Source: Thermoplasmatota archaeon
GTDB taxonomy: Archaea; Thermoplasmatota; JAKEGO01
DNA: 64,000 bases
Assembly: GCA_028279595.1 (NCBI GenBank)
Contig: JANQNK010000019.1
Span: 33,965 to 97,964, forward strand
Direction: 5' to 3'
Each line of letters starts with the position of its first letter. Positions within the stretch are counted from its first letter, which is position 1. This document shows, in pieces, positions 20,001 through 29,637 of this stretch. The position numbers and the translations under genes were made by a program. The notes beneath the pieces are model-generated. The model saw only the letters and a program-made list of their open reading frames with translations, was not told where the DNA came from and ran no database searches.

Positions 20001-23000
20001 TCGGGGTTCCAGTTGATGTTCACGTCGAGCGGCTGGAGCTCGAAGTCGATGGAGAACTCCTCTATGTTGAAGTTCAGGATGAAGGTCCGGACGACGTCGT
20101 TGTCGCCACGGGATGTCACTTCGATCTCGACCTCGTAGGAGCCGGTCTGGATGTCGTTGTCGTTCGCCGGCAGTGTCACCCTCACGTCGATCTCCTCCGA
20201 CTCGCCCGGCTGGACCTTCTGGCCGCCGTAGTCGATGGATACCTGCATCTTCTGAGGGCTCGAGAGCTTGAGGATGGTGTATGTATCCTCCCTCGTACCT
20301 TCGTTCTGTATCTCGAAGGCCAGTTCCGCCTCGTCGGCCGAGTTGGCATCGACGTCTATGTTGTCCTGTGTCTCGACGATCTCGAAGTCGAAGACGGCCT
20401 TGAACTCGACGGTCAGGTTGATGTAGTCCTCCTTGTCCTCGTCCTCGAGCGAGTATCCCTTGATCTGTATCCTGTCGCTCGCGAGGGTGTCATCGCCGTA
20501 CAGGTCCTCGATGGTGTCCCTGTTCGGTATCCTCACGGTCACGTTGACCGTGTGGGTGACACTCGCGTTCTCGAGGATGATGTCGATCTCATCGACGTTC
20601 TGCGTGTTCTTGTAGCTGAAGTAGGTGTAGGATGCGAGCTTACCATCGGACACGAGCAGGTGGACGGTGTCCTCGCCGTTGCCCTTGTTCTCCACGTTGA
20701 TCTGGAAGGTCAGGTTCTTCTCGAACCGGCCCGTCTTGGTATCGGCGGGTGACTGTAGGTCCAGGTCGTACAGTGTGTTCACCTTGACGGTGAAGTTGAA
20801 GTCCTCGGAGAGATCGGAGTCGCCCTGCGACCTGACGCGGAGCACCATGATGTACTCGAGGGACTCTGCGTCGTCCGGTACGTCGATGTCGATCTCGAAG
20901 GTCTGGAACGTTCCCTCGTTGACGGTGATCTGGTTCGCCATGCCGATGGTCCATTCGTCGCCGCCCTCGTTCAGAACGATCTGCAGGCCGTAGGTGTCAT
21001 CGTCGTTCCCCTCGTTCTCGAGGGTGATCTCGAATGTGACGTTGTCGCCCGCGTCGACCTCCTTCCTCTCGTCGCCGGTCACCCGGAACTTGTAGAACTG
21101 GTCGACGTCGATGTTGAGCTCGATCGAGTCGGTCTTCGTCTCGTCGCCTATCGACTGTACGGTCATGTTGATGTAGTGGGGTCCTGTCTCGATGTTCTCG
21201 CCGGATATCTTCTCCGGGACCGGAATTGTCAGGTAGACAAGGACAAGCTGTTCTGGATCGAGCGGCCCGATCTCCGTCAGGATGGTCCTGTTAATGTCGT
21301 CGTCGTCGAGATCGAACACGTCGGTGGAATTGCCCTCGAAGGACCATCCCGCCATCTCGTCAGTGAGCTCGAACGAGTAGGTGTCCTCGGCGTCCCCGGT
21401 GTTCTTGACACGAACGGTGAAGGTCACCGAGGTTCCCGGGTCTCCGACGATGGATGTGGTGAACGAATTGATCTCGACATCGAAGGTCTCGTCAATGACG
21501 ATGGTCAGGTTCATCACCCTGTGGCCGTCATCGTGCGAGACGTTCAGCTCGACGTAGTAGGTTCCGGGGTCCTCATCCTCGGGAACCTCGACCCAGACGT
21601 ATGCGAAGTCCTCCTCCTCGGGATCGAGGGTCATCGAGGACAGGGTCTGACCGCCTCCGTCTGCCTGGCTTCTGATGGACGCCCAATCCTGTTCCGTCCC
21701 CTGCTTAGCCAGGGAGAACACGTCGTTGCCGTTGCCTTCGTTCGATACCTTCACGACGAAGTCGAACTTGTCGCCCGGTTCGACATCCTGGGAAGGCCCG
21801 CTCGTGAAGAGCTCGACCTCGTGGAACTGGTCGACGTTCACTTCGATCACATCTGATGCGATGTCATTTCCCTTTCCATCGGATTCGAACTCGATGTCGA
21901 TGAAGTAATCGCCTTCCGCTGCGTCATCCATGTCGTTCGGCAATGTGATGTTGATGCCGAGGATCTCGTTCTCCTCGGGATCGAGCCTGACGCGGGAATC
22001 GTTCGCATCGAAGAAGCTGACGTCCCAGTTGGTCGGTATGTCGCCGAACGTCACGTTGAACGTGTCGGTGTGCGTTCCCTTGTTCGTGATCACTATGGAA
22101 TAGTTGATCATCTCACCCGGAAGGCCGGACTTCGGATTGATCTGGCCGATCTGGACCTCGTACTGGGGCTTGATCGACACGGTGAACATGACCGTATCGG
22201 TGACTGTAGGCTCCTTCTGACACGTCACCTTGAGGCCGATCTCGAAGTAGCCGTCGTTCTGGATCGTCGGGTTGATGTCCTCCCACTCGGGGAGCGTGAT
22301 GTTCAGGAAGGCGATCTTGTCGTCTCCCGCCTTGATGTTCGGGGAGACCGGTTCGTGCGTGGCCCACGACCTGCCCTGTCCGGTCTTGTTGACCCAGAAC
22401 CTGCTGTCGCCGGTCCCGATGTTGCTGATCTGGAGCTCGAAGTAGACCGTCTGCTCGGGCTCTACCTCGTCCCACACGTCGGAGCTTGTCAGGAAGAGCT
22501 CGTAGACCGGCTCGATCACGATGGTGAAGGTTATCTCCTTCACGATGTCGTCGGTGTCATCGTAGGCGGTCCCGTTCTCGGATGTGGCCTGGTATGTGAT
22601 GTTGAACGCTCCCAGGTCGATGTCCTCCTTCTCGGGGAGGTCCACCCTTATCGTCGACCTGTTGACCATGCCGGCTGTGATCGAGTGGGTGGTGTTGATC
22701 AGTGTGACAGTGGCCTCGGTCGGAAGCTCGCTGCTGACCTCCTCCATCTCGATCGAGTCAGGTCCAGTGCCCTTGTTCTCCACATTGATGTAGAAGTAGA
22801 CCGTGTTCTCGGGCTTGGAGCTGACCTGCTCGACAGGGGTCGTGAGTCCGATGTCGTAGAGCTGGTCCACGACGACGGTAACACCGGCCGTGTTATGGAA
22901 CACGCTGTTTCCCGGTCCGGTCGTCGCGTTGAAGTTGATCGCATAGGTATCCTCTGCCGCATCGTCCGGGGGTGTCACTGTGAGGGTCAGGTTCACATTG

Positions 23001-25291
23001 GAGTTCGCATCGATCTCGGGGTTGCCCTGACTGAACTCGTAGGTCCAATCGACGGCCGGGTTCGAGATCTCGATCTTGATGTTGTCCTCTCCGTTCCCTT
23101 CGTTGTGCAGCCGTACCGTGAATGTGATCGCCTCACCTGGATCGGCGTGCTGGCTGTCGACACCAGGGATCGTCACCTTGCAGTCGAACACCTGGTTCAC
23201 GTTGATGCTGACGTCGTAGGTATCGGTCGTCAGAAGGGTCGCCTTCGATATCGCCTCGACCGTTACCGCGTAGGTGTCGTCGAGCGCGTCCTCGCCGATC
23301 TCGATCTCGAGGACTATTATCGTCTCTTCGGCCTCATCGAGCACGATGGAGGACGGAGTGAAGGTGTAGAAGTCCCATCCGGTGGGTCTGACCGCATCGA
23401 ACTCGACGGTCGCCCTGTCGTTCCCGATGTTCTTGACCTGAAGGTCCACGTACACGGTGCCTTCGGGGTCGAGGTCGGATGTGGTCGCATTGATCGTTCC
23501 GGTCATGATGTCGAAGTCATAGTACTGGTCGACAGTGACCGTGAAGACCAAGGGGGCGGAATAACTGCTGTCGCCCATCTGGGCCCGAACCGTCCACTGG
23601 TAGTCGCCTGCGGTGTACTCGACCGGTACCTTAACCGAGAACTGGATCTCGGCCGATTCGTCCGGGTCCAACTCGATGCTGGTCGGGCTGAAGGTTATCG
23701 AGCCCCAGCCGGTGGAATCCTCGTCGACGTATTCGAACGTAAAGGTATCCTGCCTGTTACCATCATTGGTGATGGTGAAGTTGAATCCGATCACCTTCGC
23801 CTGGTTCTGGATGTCCACTGCCTTGTTCGCCTCACCGTAGGTCCCTATCTCGACTCCGTAGTCCTGATCGACCTCGACAGCTAGGGCGAGCGGGATCGAT
23901 GATACCGACTCGTCACCAGTGGATGTCGCGTTGCAATACACGTTGTGGGGTCCATAGGACGCATCCTCGTGCACGTAAACACGCAGGGTGAGGGTGTCCT
24001 GCGAGTTTCCTGCGACCGTGAGGGTGGCCGACGGATCGAAGTTGAATCCCCAATCCTCGGGTACTTGGGCGAGCATGCTGAACGTGTCCTCGCCGTTCCC
24101 GTCGTTCACCACTGTAATGGTGGCGTTGCCCCATTCGCCTGGCATGATCTTTCCAGAAGGAGCGGTACCTTCGAGATGCACGTCGAATATCTGGTCCACC
24201 TCGGTGGATAGGACGATCGAGGTATTGGTGCCCTTTCCAACCTCCGGCACGATCACGACTGTCGTGTCGATCGTGGTATCCGCGAGTGCATCGTCGTCAG
24301 GCTGGACCTTGACGTTGATCACCCTTTCGTCGCTCTCGTCCAGGGTGAACGACGACGGGTTGATCGAAAAGGTCCATGGTGAGATGTCCTCGACGATGGT
24401 GACATCGAAGTCGACCCTTACATTCCCGGAATTGTTGAATGTGAGGTTGTACTCGATCCACTCGTTGGGAAGGCCGTTCTTCGCCGCATCGTCCACCGTG
24501 ATGGAATATGTGTAATCCTCGTTCACGGTGATGTTGATCTGTGCGGTCTCGGAGTCGCTGCCCTGAACCGATTCAGCGTTGAATATCAACGAATACTTCT
24601 TGGCCGTCGCGTACCGGCCGATCGTAACCTGGACAGGTACTGGCTTCGACGCTCCGGCTGCCAGCGAGTGGAGCTCGCCGAATGTGGTCGTAAGGTCTCC
24701 CGGGGTCTGGGTCAGGTTGATCTGGATCTGATCGTCACCGTTCCCGTAGTTGAAGATCCTCAGATTGAAGGAGACATCTTCCGATACGTTCCCGAACCTG
24801 CTGTCCGATCCGATGACGACGATGTCGACATCGTCCTCGAAGAGGATGTCGGTCCTGAAGTATATCGGAGCCTCCTCTGTACCATTAGTATTTGTTATGG
24901 TCACGTAAGTCTCCTCGTAATCACCGACCTCTGCGTCAGCAGGGGCTGTGATCTTCACGGAGGTGTACTTCCAACCGGAGTTGGTCACGTGCCAGCTGGA
25001 TACACCGCCGACGAACTCGTTGGACCAATCCGTGGTCGGAGTGCTGAGTGAAAGACTGATATCCGTCTCATATGGAGACGAACCGTCCTTCGTCAATCGC
25101 ACACCCACCTGGTATGTCACCGACTTGTTGGCTTCGACTTCCTTGTTGGCGCTGTCGACCGACGTAGCGTCGTTATCGACGTCAGCAACAGCGTTCCCGG
25201 TGGTCATCATCAGGAACACGAATCCAACAACTAACAATCCTGCGAGCACCAAGAGTGCTCGTGTTCTCCCGTTTTTCTGGGCAAACATCAA
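17057..25291 (-). CDS. Giant acidic cell-surface protein: ~20 COG1470/NPCBM-assoc Ig-like repeats, CARDB domain, TM helix, Pro/Ala linker, C-terminal Zn ribbon
   Basis: Signal peptide; recurrent N-x-G-[NT]-x2-D every ~110 aa; TM YVGGSLAGGLILGILIGMLLF; CPKC...CEKC. Confidence 0.85.
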   Translation of the reverse strand: MMFAQKNGRTRALLVLAGLLVVGFVFLMMTTGNAVADVDNDATSVDSANKEVEANKSVTYQVGVRLTKDGSSPYETDISLSLSTPTTDWSNEFVGGVSSWHVTNSGWKYTSVKITAPADAEVGDYEETYVTITNTNGTEEAPIYFRTDILFEDDVDIVVIGSDSRFGNVSEDVSFNLRIFNYGNGDDQIQINLTQTPGDLTTTFGELHSLAAGASKPVPVQVTIGRYATAKKYSLIFNAESVQGSDSETAQINITVNEDYTYSITVDDAAKNGLPNEWIEYNLTFNNSGNVRVDFDVTIVEDISPWTFSINPSSFTLDESDERVINVKVQPDDDALADTTIDTTVVIVPEVGKGTNTSIVLSTEVDQIFDVHLEGTAPSGKIMPGEWGNATITVVNDGNGEDTFSMLAQVPEDWGFNFDPSATLTVAGNSQDTLTLRVYVHEDASYGPHNVYCNATSTGDESVSSIPLALAVEVDQDYGVEIGTYGEANKAVDIQNQAKVIGFNFTITNDGNRQDTFTFEYVDEDSTGWGSITFSPTSIELDPDESAEIQFSVKVPVEYTAGDYQWTVRAQMGDSSYSAPLVFTVTVDQYYDFDIMTGTINATTSDLDPEGTVYVDLQVKNIGNDRATVEFDAVRPTGWDFYTFTPSSIVLDEAEETIIVLEIEIGEDALDDTYAVTVEAISKATLLTTDTYDVSINVNQVFDCKVTIPGVDSQHADPGEAITFTVRLHNEGNGEDNIKIEISNPAVDWTYEFSQGNPEIDANSNVNLTLTVTPPDDAAEDTYAINFNATTGPGNSVFHNTAGVTVVVDQLYDIGLTTPVEQVSSKPENTVYFYINVENKGTGPDSIEMEEVSSELPTEATVTLINTTHSITAGMVNRSTIRVDLPEKEDIDLGAFNITYQATSENGTAYDDTDDIVKEITFTIVIEPVYELFLTSSDVWDEVEPEQTVYFELQISNIGTGDSRFWVNKTGQGRSWATHEPVSPNIKAGDDKIAFLNITLPEWEDINPTIQNDGYFEIGLKVTCQKEPTVTDTVMFTVSIKPQYEVQIGQINPKSGLPGEMINYSIVITNKGTHTDTFNVTFGDIPTNWDVSFFDANDSRVRLDPEENEILGINITLPNDMDDAAEGDYFIDIEFESDGKGNDIASDVIEVNVDQFHEVELFTSGPSQDVEPGDKFDFVVKVSNEGNGNDVFSLAKQGTEQDWASIRSQADGGGQTLSSMTLDPEEEDFAYVWVEVPEDEDPGTYYVELNVSHDDGHRVMNLTIVIDETFDVEINSFTTSIVGDPGTSVTFTVRVKNTGDAEDTYSFELTDEMAGWSFEGNSTDVFDLDDDDINRTILTEIGPLDPEQLVLVYLTIPVPEKISGENIETGPHYINMTVQSIGDETKTDSIELNIDVDQFYKFRVTGDERKEVDAGDNVTFEITLENEGNDDDTYGLQIVLNEGGDEWTIGMANQITVNEGTFQTFEIDIDVPDDAESLEYIMVLRVRSQGDSDLSEDFNFTVKVNTLYDLDLQSPADTKTGRFEKNLTFQINVENKGNGEDTVHLLVSDGKLASYTYFSYKNTQNVDEIDIILENASVTHTVNVTVRIPNRDTIEDLYGDDTLASDRIQIKGYSLEDEDKEDYINLTVEFKAVFDFEIVETQDNIDVDANSADEAELAFEIQNEGTREDTYTILKLSSPQKMQVSIDYGGQKVQPGESEEIDVRVTLPANDNDIQTGSYEVEIEVTSRGDNDVVRTFILNFNIEEFSIDFELQPLDVNINWNPDPDEGTDEIDFNFRIKNTGTRDDAYTVDVVSNPFPGKVSFATTGYSGAKISNRTGQVDVTITMSRTGQPKDIEAGTPRLIVDVLSNGNTTVVETINFDFTVEQFYNLDLNIDQNEKDVKVEEMTEFEINVINKGNGDDTFDISASKVTPTNDWYVFARGAESGSSLQDININHDTEVTVKLQITPDIDEVLDEFDADDDNEITFEFSLVAEDGSTFPFGDADDKITATVIDVYRFELDLPAQLKQTITDPKEDEDVDFDITVRNTGISEDKYSVSYNTNNSFLDISHSFDVSGMIDDQAKLTVNILMDIDDTKNELWRVPAGDYDIEVTVESQEDDTQEEMFTVTVGIDTKADLEEERLDDDTTVEPGGNTTYTFKISNYGNKVDIAKVRLTDDENLKYGNLLWIDSQGVEKKGKSINVPIKVGGEELVDYIITGDKDDIQDKEIDEFAEKIQITSSIDSNERIDIDYRTEVEEKSYSISVAFSTSSAKVSPEQDDHNVTLQFDVENTGDDPDNIEIRVFETPDLEDSNLIPGDTSWVSLKYEDISGTGTSLTIEDMETGTPGTVFLEFDVGTIPVDAEEGKYSYMIAIESKGGGPGDTQARVWQNVTLEVEKVAGFELTIDITTAEIDPTGLDKQDLVEVPITIHNEGNFEDTFKLQTLGMSADLDVDFANKGDPATFQIDPDGEEVVEMELTADEDAREGTLSFQIRVSSSEGGTSQTETFVVTVLAADIRISKHDIKLDTSPSSVEKGDDVVVEVRVWNNGSGPIADLEVKFLIGSTVKDTFTIEELGADRFEDLTFDWDNVGDGKQSIRIQTTGAQPIEINVKKDYTFDEKTDELASGDLMMYVGGSLAGGLILGILIGMLLFGGRRKKDQPKEAAKEPAKDAAKPGAPPAPGTPGAPPAAPGKPGEPPKPGAPPAPGAAPAAAAGAAAGAAAAPPAGAKPVKVKCPKCGNIIDVKDPKRPLEIKCEKCAATLRLKQ

Positions 25292-25322
25292 TATCCCTCA
25301 GCCCTCAACTAAATACACACCG

Positions 25323-25353
25323 AATATAAACGTTGTGGTTAACATGTCACAAC
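25323..25353 (-). promoter_or_regulatory. TATA box and adjacent inverted repeat GTTGTG-N10-CACAAC upstream of the giant surface protein gene
   Basis: TTTATATT about 35 nt upstream of the start; 6-bp inverted repeat at 25332-25353. Confidence 0.45.
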
Positions 25354-25588
25354 AATTTAAAGTTCTAATTAAATAATTAAAGAATTAATTATGAATAGAT
25401 TGGTTAATAACCTTTATATTATTTTACTATTTTTTTATATTTCTCTTAATTTTCCACGATTTTAGGCGATTTTCGGGGTTGAAATCGGCCCGATTTCGGG
25501 CCCTTTTTCGGATGTCTGTCTACCCCCAAGGTGTTGTGGTGTTTCTGAATAAGAGACAGATGTCCGTTAATTGACGAATTCCAAGCCG

Positions 25589-26491
25589 CTAGAAGGAGAT
25601 CTTTCCGCCCTTTTTGAGCTCTTCGAGGGTCTTGTCCTCCACTTTTTCGAGCTCCTTCTTGTCCGTGAGGGCCTTGTCGACCGCCTTCGCCTGGTCCTTT
25701 ATGACCTTGCGGGCCTGCTGTCTCTCGTCGCGGTCCTCCTTCTTGAGCGAGAGCACCTTCGAGCGCATCTCGAGGGCCTTCTGATGCTGGGCATCGGCCT
25801 TCTTCTTGACCTCGATGAACTCGGCGTGCTTCTTGTTGGCCTCGATTATGAGATAGCTGACGGAATTGTAGATCTCGACGACCTGCTCGTGGAACGTCTG
25901 GGAGTCCTGGTAGTACTGGACCACGTAGGTGTGCTCCTCGTCGGCCTTCTTGAAGAGGTCGTCTATGGAGGCGTTCAGGGAATCGAGGTCCTCTATGATG
26001 CTCTCCTGGTCCACGAGGTTCTTCTGCATCTCGATGTACTGGTGCATCTTGTCCCTGATCTTGTCTATGAGGTCCTTCTCGGCGGACAGGGACATGGGTA
26101 CGGTCTGCTGCTTGAGCTCCAGGGACTTGATCTCGGCGTCCAGTACCTGGACGTCCTTCGGGAGCGCCCTGTTGAGGTTCTTGTTCCTCTCCCGCTTCTC
26201 CTCGATCATGGACCTGGCCTTTGACTGGTACTCGTTCCTGCGCTTCTTGTGCTCGCGCATCTTGCGGACGAGTGCGTCCCTCTCGGCCTTCAGCTTGTCA
26301 ACGCCCGCCAGTGCGTTCTTCCTCTCCTCGTTGAGGGCGTCCCTCTCCTCCCGGAGGAGCCTGGCATCGGCGTTCAGCTCGTTCCGACGGTCGATAATGG
26401 ACTGGTGGACCTTCTCGGCGCTCTGTATGGCCTTGCGCCTCTGCTGACCCTTGTCGTCCTCGGCGTCCTTCTCGCGTTTCCGTCGTGGCAC
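25589..26491 (-). CDS. Archaeal coiled-coil protein (COG1340-like)
   Basis: R-D/N-ELN heptad repeats, LELKQQTVPMSL..EKDLI, terminal LKKGGKISF; GTG start after a TATA-like box. Confidence 0.78.
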   Translation of the reverse strand: MPRRKREKDAEDDKGQQRRKAIQSAEKVHQSIIDRRNELNADARLLREERDALNEERKNALAGVDKLKAERDALVRKMREHKKRRNEYQSKARSMIEEKRERNKNLNRALPKDVQVLDAEIKSLELKQQTVPMSLSAEKDLIDKIRDKMHQYIEMQKNLVDQESIIEDLDSLNASIDDLFKKADEEHTYVVQYYQDSQTFHEQVVEIYNSVSYLIIEANKKHAEFIEVKKKADAQHQKALEMRSKVLSLKKEDRDERQQARKVIKDQAKAVDKALTDKKELEKVEDKTLEELKKGGKISF

Positions 26492-26525
26492 GGGCCGAGA
26501 CAAGAACTCTATCCATAAAAACGTT

Positions 26526-26722
26526 TGGCTGGAGGGATCGGACATACCCGAGGAGCTGTCGTTACATATCGGACGGGTGCGCTCACGGGATTCATATGCG
26601 GGGCGCTGTGCCAGGAACTGAGGGCCCTGGCGCGCGCCCCGCACGAGTGGTACCGTGGCCTCCCCCCCGTTCGGACGGACGTTGTCGACCCAAGAGGGGA
26701 CGAACCGACGGATTTCAGGCCA
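26526..26722 (+). ncRNA. Candidate ~200-nt rod-like structured element (ncRNA or MITE-like)
   Basis: Nested stems GCCAGG/CCTGGC, TGCGGGGCGC/GCGCCCCGCA, TCACGG/CCGTGG, TCGGACGGG/CCCGTTCGG, GTCG/CGAC, TCGG/CCGA, GGCTGGAG/TTTCAGGCC. Confidence 0.45.
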
Positions 26723-26758
26723 AAAACGTTTATATCGTAGCCCACGTTAGACGGAGGG

Positions 26759-27441
26759 ATGAGCGCAGTAGAGGATGCGTTGGAGGCGCTGAAGAGGGGC
26801 GAGTTCGTGCTCGTCTTCGATGCGCCCGACAGGGAGGGCGAGACCGATCTGATAAAGGCGGCCATACACACGCAGCCAGAGGACATATCCAGGATGCGGA
26901 ACGACGGCGGCGGCCTCATATTCATGATGGTCGGCCACGAGACCTCCGAGAAGCTGGGGCTTCCCTTCCTTTCGGACCTCTTCTATCGAGAGGGCGGGCG
27001 TTATCCGGTCCTCAAGGAACTGATACCGAACGACATCCCCTACGACACGAAATCGTCGTTCTCGGTGCCTATCAACCACAGGAAGACGTTCACGGGCATC
27101 ACAGACGTAGATCGCTCCCTCACCGTACGCAGGTTCGGCGAGATGGCCGACGAGATACCAGACCTCACCCCAGCGAAGGCCCAGAGGGTCTTCGGCCAGG
27201 AGTTCCGCGCTCCGGGGCACGTGGCGATCTGCAGAGCGTCCGAGCATCCCCTCAGGGACCGGTTCGGACATACAGAACTGGGTGTCGCACTCATGATCAT
27301 GGCTGGATTCACTCCCGTGGCCGTAGGCTGCGAGATGATGACCGAGGGAAAGGCCCTTCCGCCGGAGGAGGCAAGGAAGTACGGCGAGGAGAACGGGCTC
27401 ATGTTCCTCGAGGGCAAGGAAGTTCTGGGGGCCTGGAGAGA

Positions 27442-27454
<13 letters not shown>
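26759..27454 (+). CDS. ribB: 3,4-dihydroxy-2-butanone-4-phosphate synthase
   Basis: DREGETD, SSFS..INHRKTFTGITDVDR, FRAPGHV, GHTE, CEM. Confidence 0.93.
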
Positions 27455-28370
<916 letters not shown>

Positions 28371-28379
28371 GGTGATGAG

Positions 28380-28790
28380 ATGAAACTGGCGTTCGTCATA
28401 TCCGAGTTCAACTATGACGTCACGATGATGATGCTGGAGCGGGCGAGGGAGCACGCTACGTTCCTGGGAGCCGAGGTCAGCCACGAGGTGACCGTTCCCG
28501 GGGTCTTCGACATGCCCCTGGCCATCAAGGCGCTCCTGGAAAGGAACGACGTCGATGCCGTCGTGACCCTGGGCGCTGTCATCGAGGGAGAGACCGAGCA
28601 CGATGATATCGTGATCGGCCATGCCTCGCGCAAGATCGCCGATCTGGCTACACAGTTCGGGAAACCAGTGACCCTCGGGATCACCGGACCCGGAATGAGC
28701 AGGCTCCAGGCGGAGGCGAGGATCGAACGCGCAAAAACGGCCGTCGAGGGCGCCGTCAAGATGCTCAAGAGGCTCGACAGCATCGAGTGA
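28380..28790 (+). CDS. ribH: 6,7-dimethyl-8-ribityllumazine synthase
   Basis: SEFN, VPGVFDMP, LGAVIEGETEH, KPVTLGI. Confidence 0.93.
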   Translation: MKLAFVISEFNYDVTMMMLERAREHATFLGAEVSHEVTVPGVFDMPLAIKALLERNDVDAVVTLGAVIEGETEHDDIVIGHASRKIADLATQFGKPVTLGITGPGMSRLQAEARIERAKTAVEGAVKMLKRLDSIE

Positions 28791-28867
28791 GCATATCTGT
28801 AGATCCATATCCGGCAGCGAAGCTGCCATGTTTTGAATGAGATCGTTCTGGACCCAAGGGACCTAGC

Positions 28868-29527
28868 CTAATGCCCGGTATCCAGGTCGCCGGCGAAGAT
28901 GACCTCGACCTTCTCAATGTCCCATAGGCGGTCGAGACGCTCGTGGATCTCCTCGTTGATGTTCTCCGCGAACGGGTGGTCGGCGTCGAGGCCGACGGTG
29001 ACCGTTATCTCTCCATCCTTGACTCCGACACCGGTCACGAGGTTCATCTTTACGATGTCCAGACCGGTTATCGGGTTCATCACATGGGTGAGCCTCGAAA
29101 GGACCACCTCGGACGTCGTCTCGATGAGTTCCTCTGGCGGTATGAGCCCGTGCGTCTCCTCGTAGGTCCTGATCGCCTCGCGAAGCGTCTCGACGGCCAG
29201 CACCGAGCAGTGCGCCTTCACCGATGGCAATCCGCCGAGCTCGTCCGAGGCCGACTTCCAGTCTATCTCCTTCGCCTCGTCGAGGGTCTTCCCCTTGGCC
29301 ATCTCCGTGATTATGGAACCGGTCGCGATGTTCGAGGCGCAACCGTACGACTCGAAGGAGATGTCCTCGATGACCAGAGTGTCCGGGTCGACCTTCAGAT
29401 AGAGGGTCACCATGTCACCGCACGCTGGACTCCCTTCGGTAGCCTTCGCGTCGGCCTCGTCCAGGCAGCCCACGTTCTGGGGGTTCTTGAAGTGCTCCAT
29501 CAGCTTGTCTGTATACTTCAGGACCAT
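28868..29527 (-). CDS. IscU/NifU-N Fe-S scaffold fused to a DUF59 (SufT/MIP18-like) domain
   Basis: EHFKNPQNVG, ACGD, YGCAS, KAHCS; C-terminal L..V.NP..GLDIV.MNLV. Confidence 0.85.
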   Translation of the reverse strand: MVLKYTDKLMEHFKNPQNVGCLDEADAKATEGSPACGDMVTLYLKVDPDTLVIEDISFESYGCASNIATGSIITEMAKGKTLDEAKEIDWKSASDELGGLPSVKAHCSVLAVETLREAIRTYEETHGLIPPEELIETTSEVVLSRLTHVMNPITGLDIVKMNLVTGVGVKDGEITVTVGLDADHPFAENINEEIHERLDRLWDIEKVEVIFAGDLDTGH

Positions 29528-29637
29528 GGGCGTCGATTCCCAGACCCCTTTATTAATGTTGGTCCTATAAAGTTGACAAGACGTTATGTCCAGAGCCTGC
29601 GCTGTACTTAGGATACTAGTTTCGGTGGACCATGCGA

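Noticed and set aside
18512-23884. Long + strand ORFs (746 aa, 604 aa) opposite the giant gene
   Set aside because: Antisense shadows of a GC-rich, Asp/Glu/Val-biased coding strand with no recognisable motifs; the same applies to most other overlapping ORFs in the track
26526-26758. FMN riboswitch or SRP RNA upstream of ribB
   Set aside because: Consensus motifs are absent and the ribB TATA-like box lies downstream of the structure
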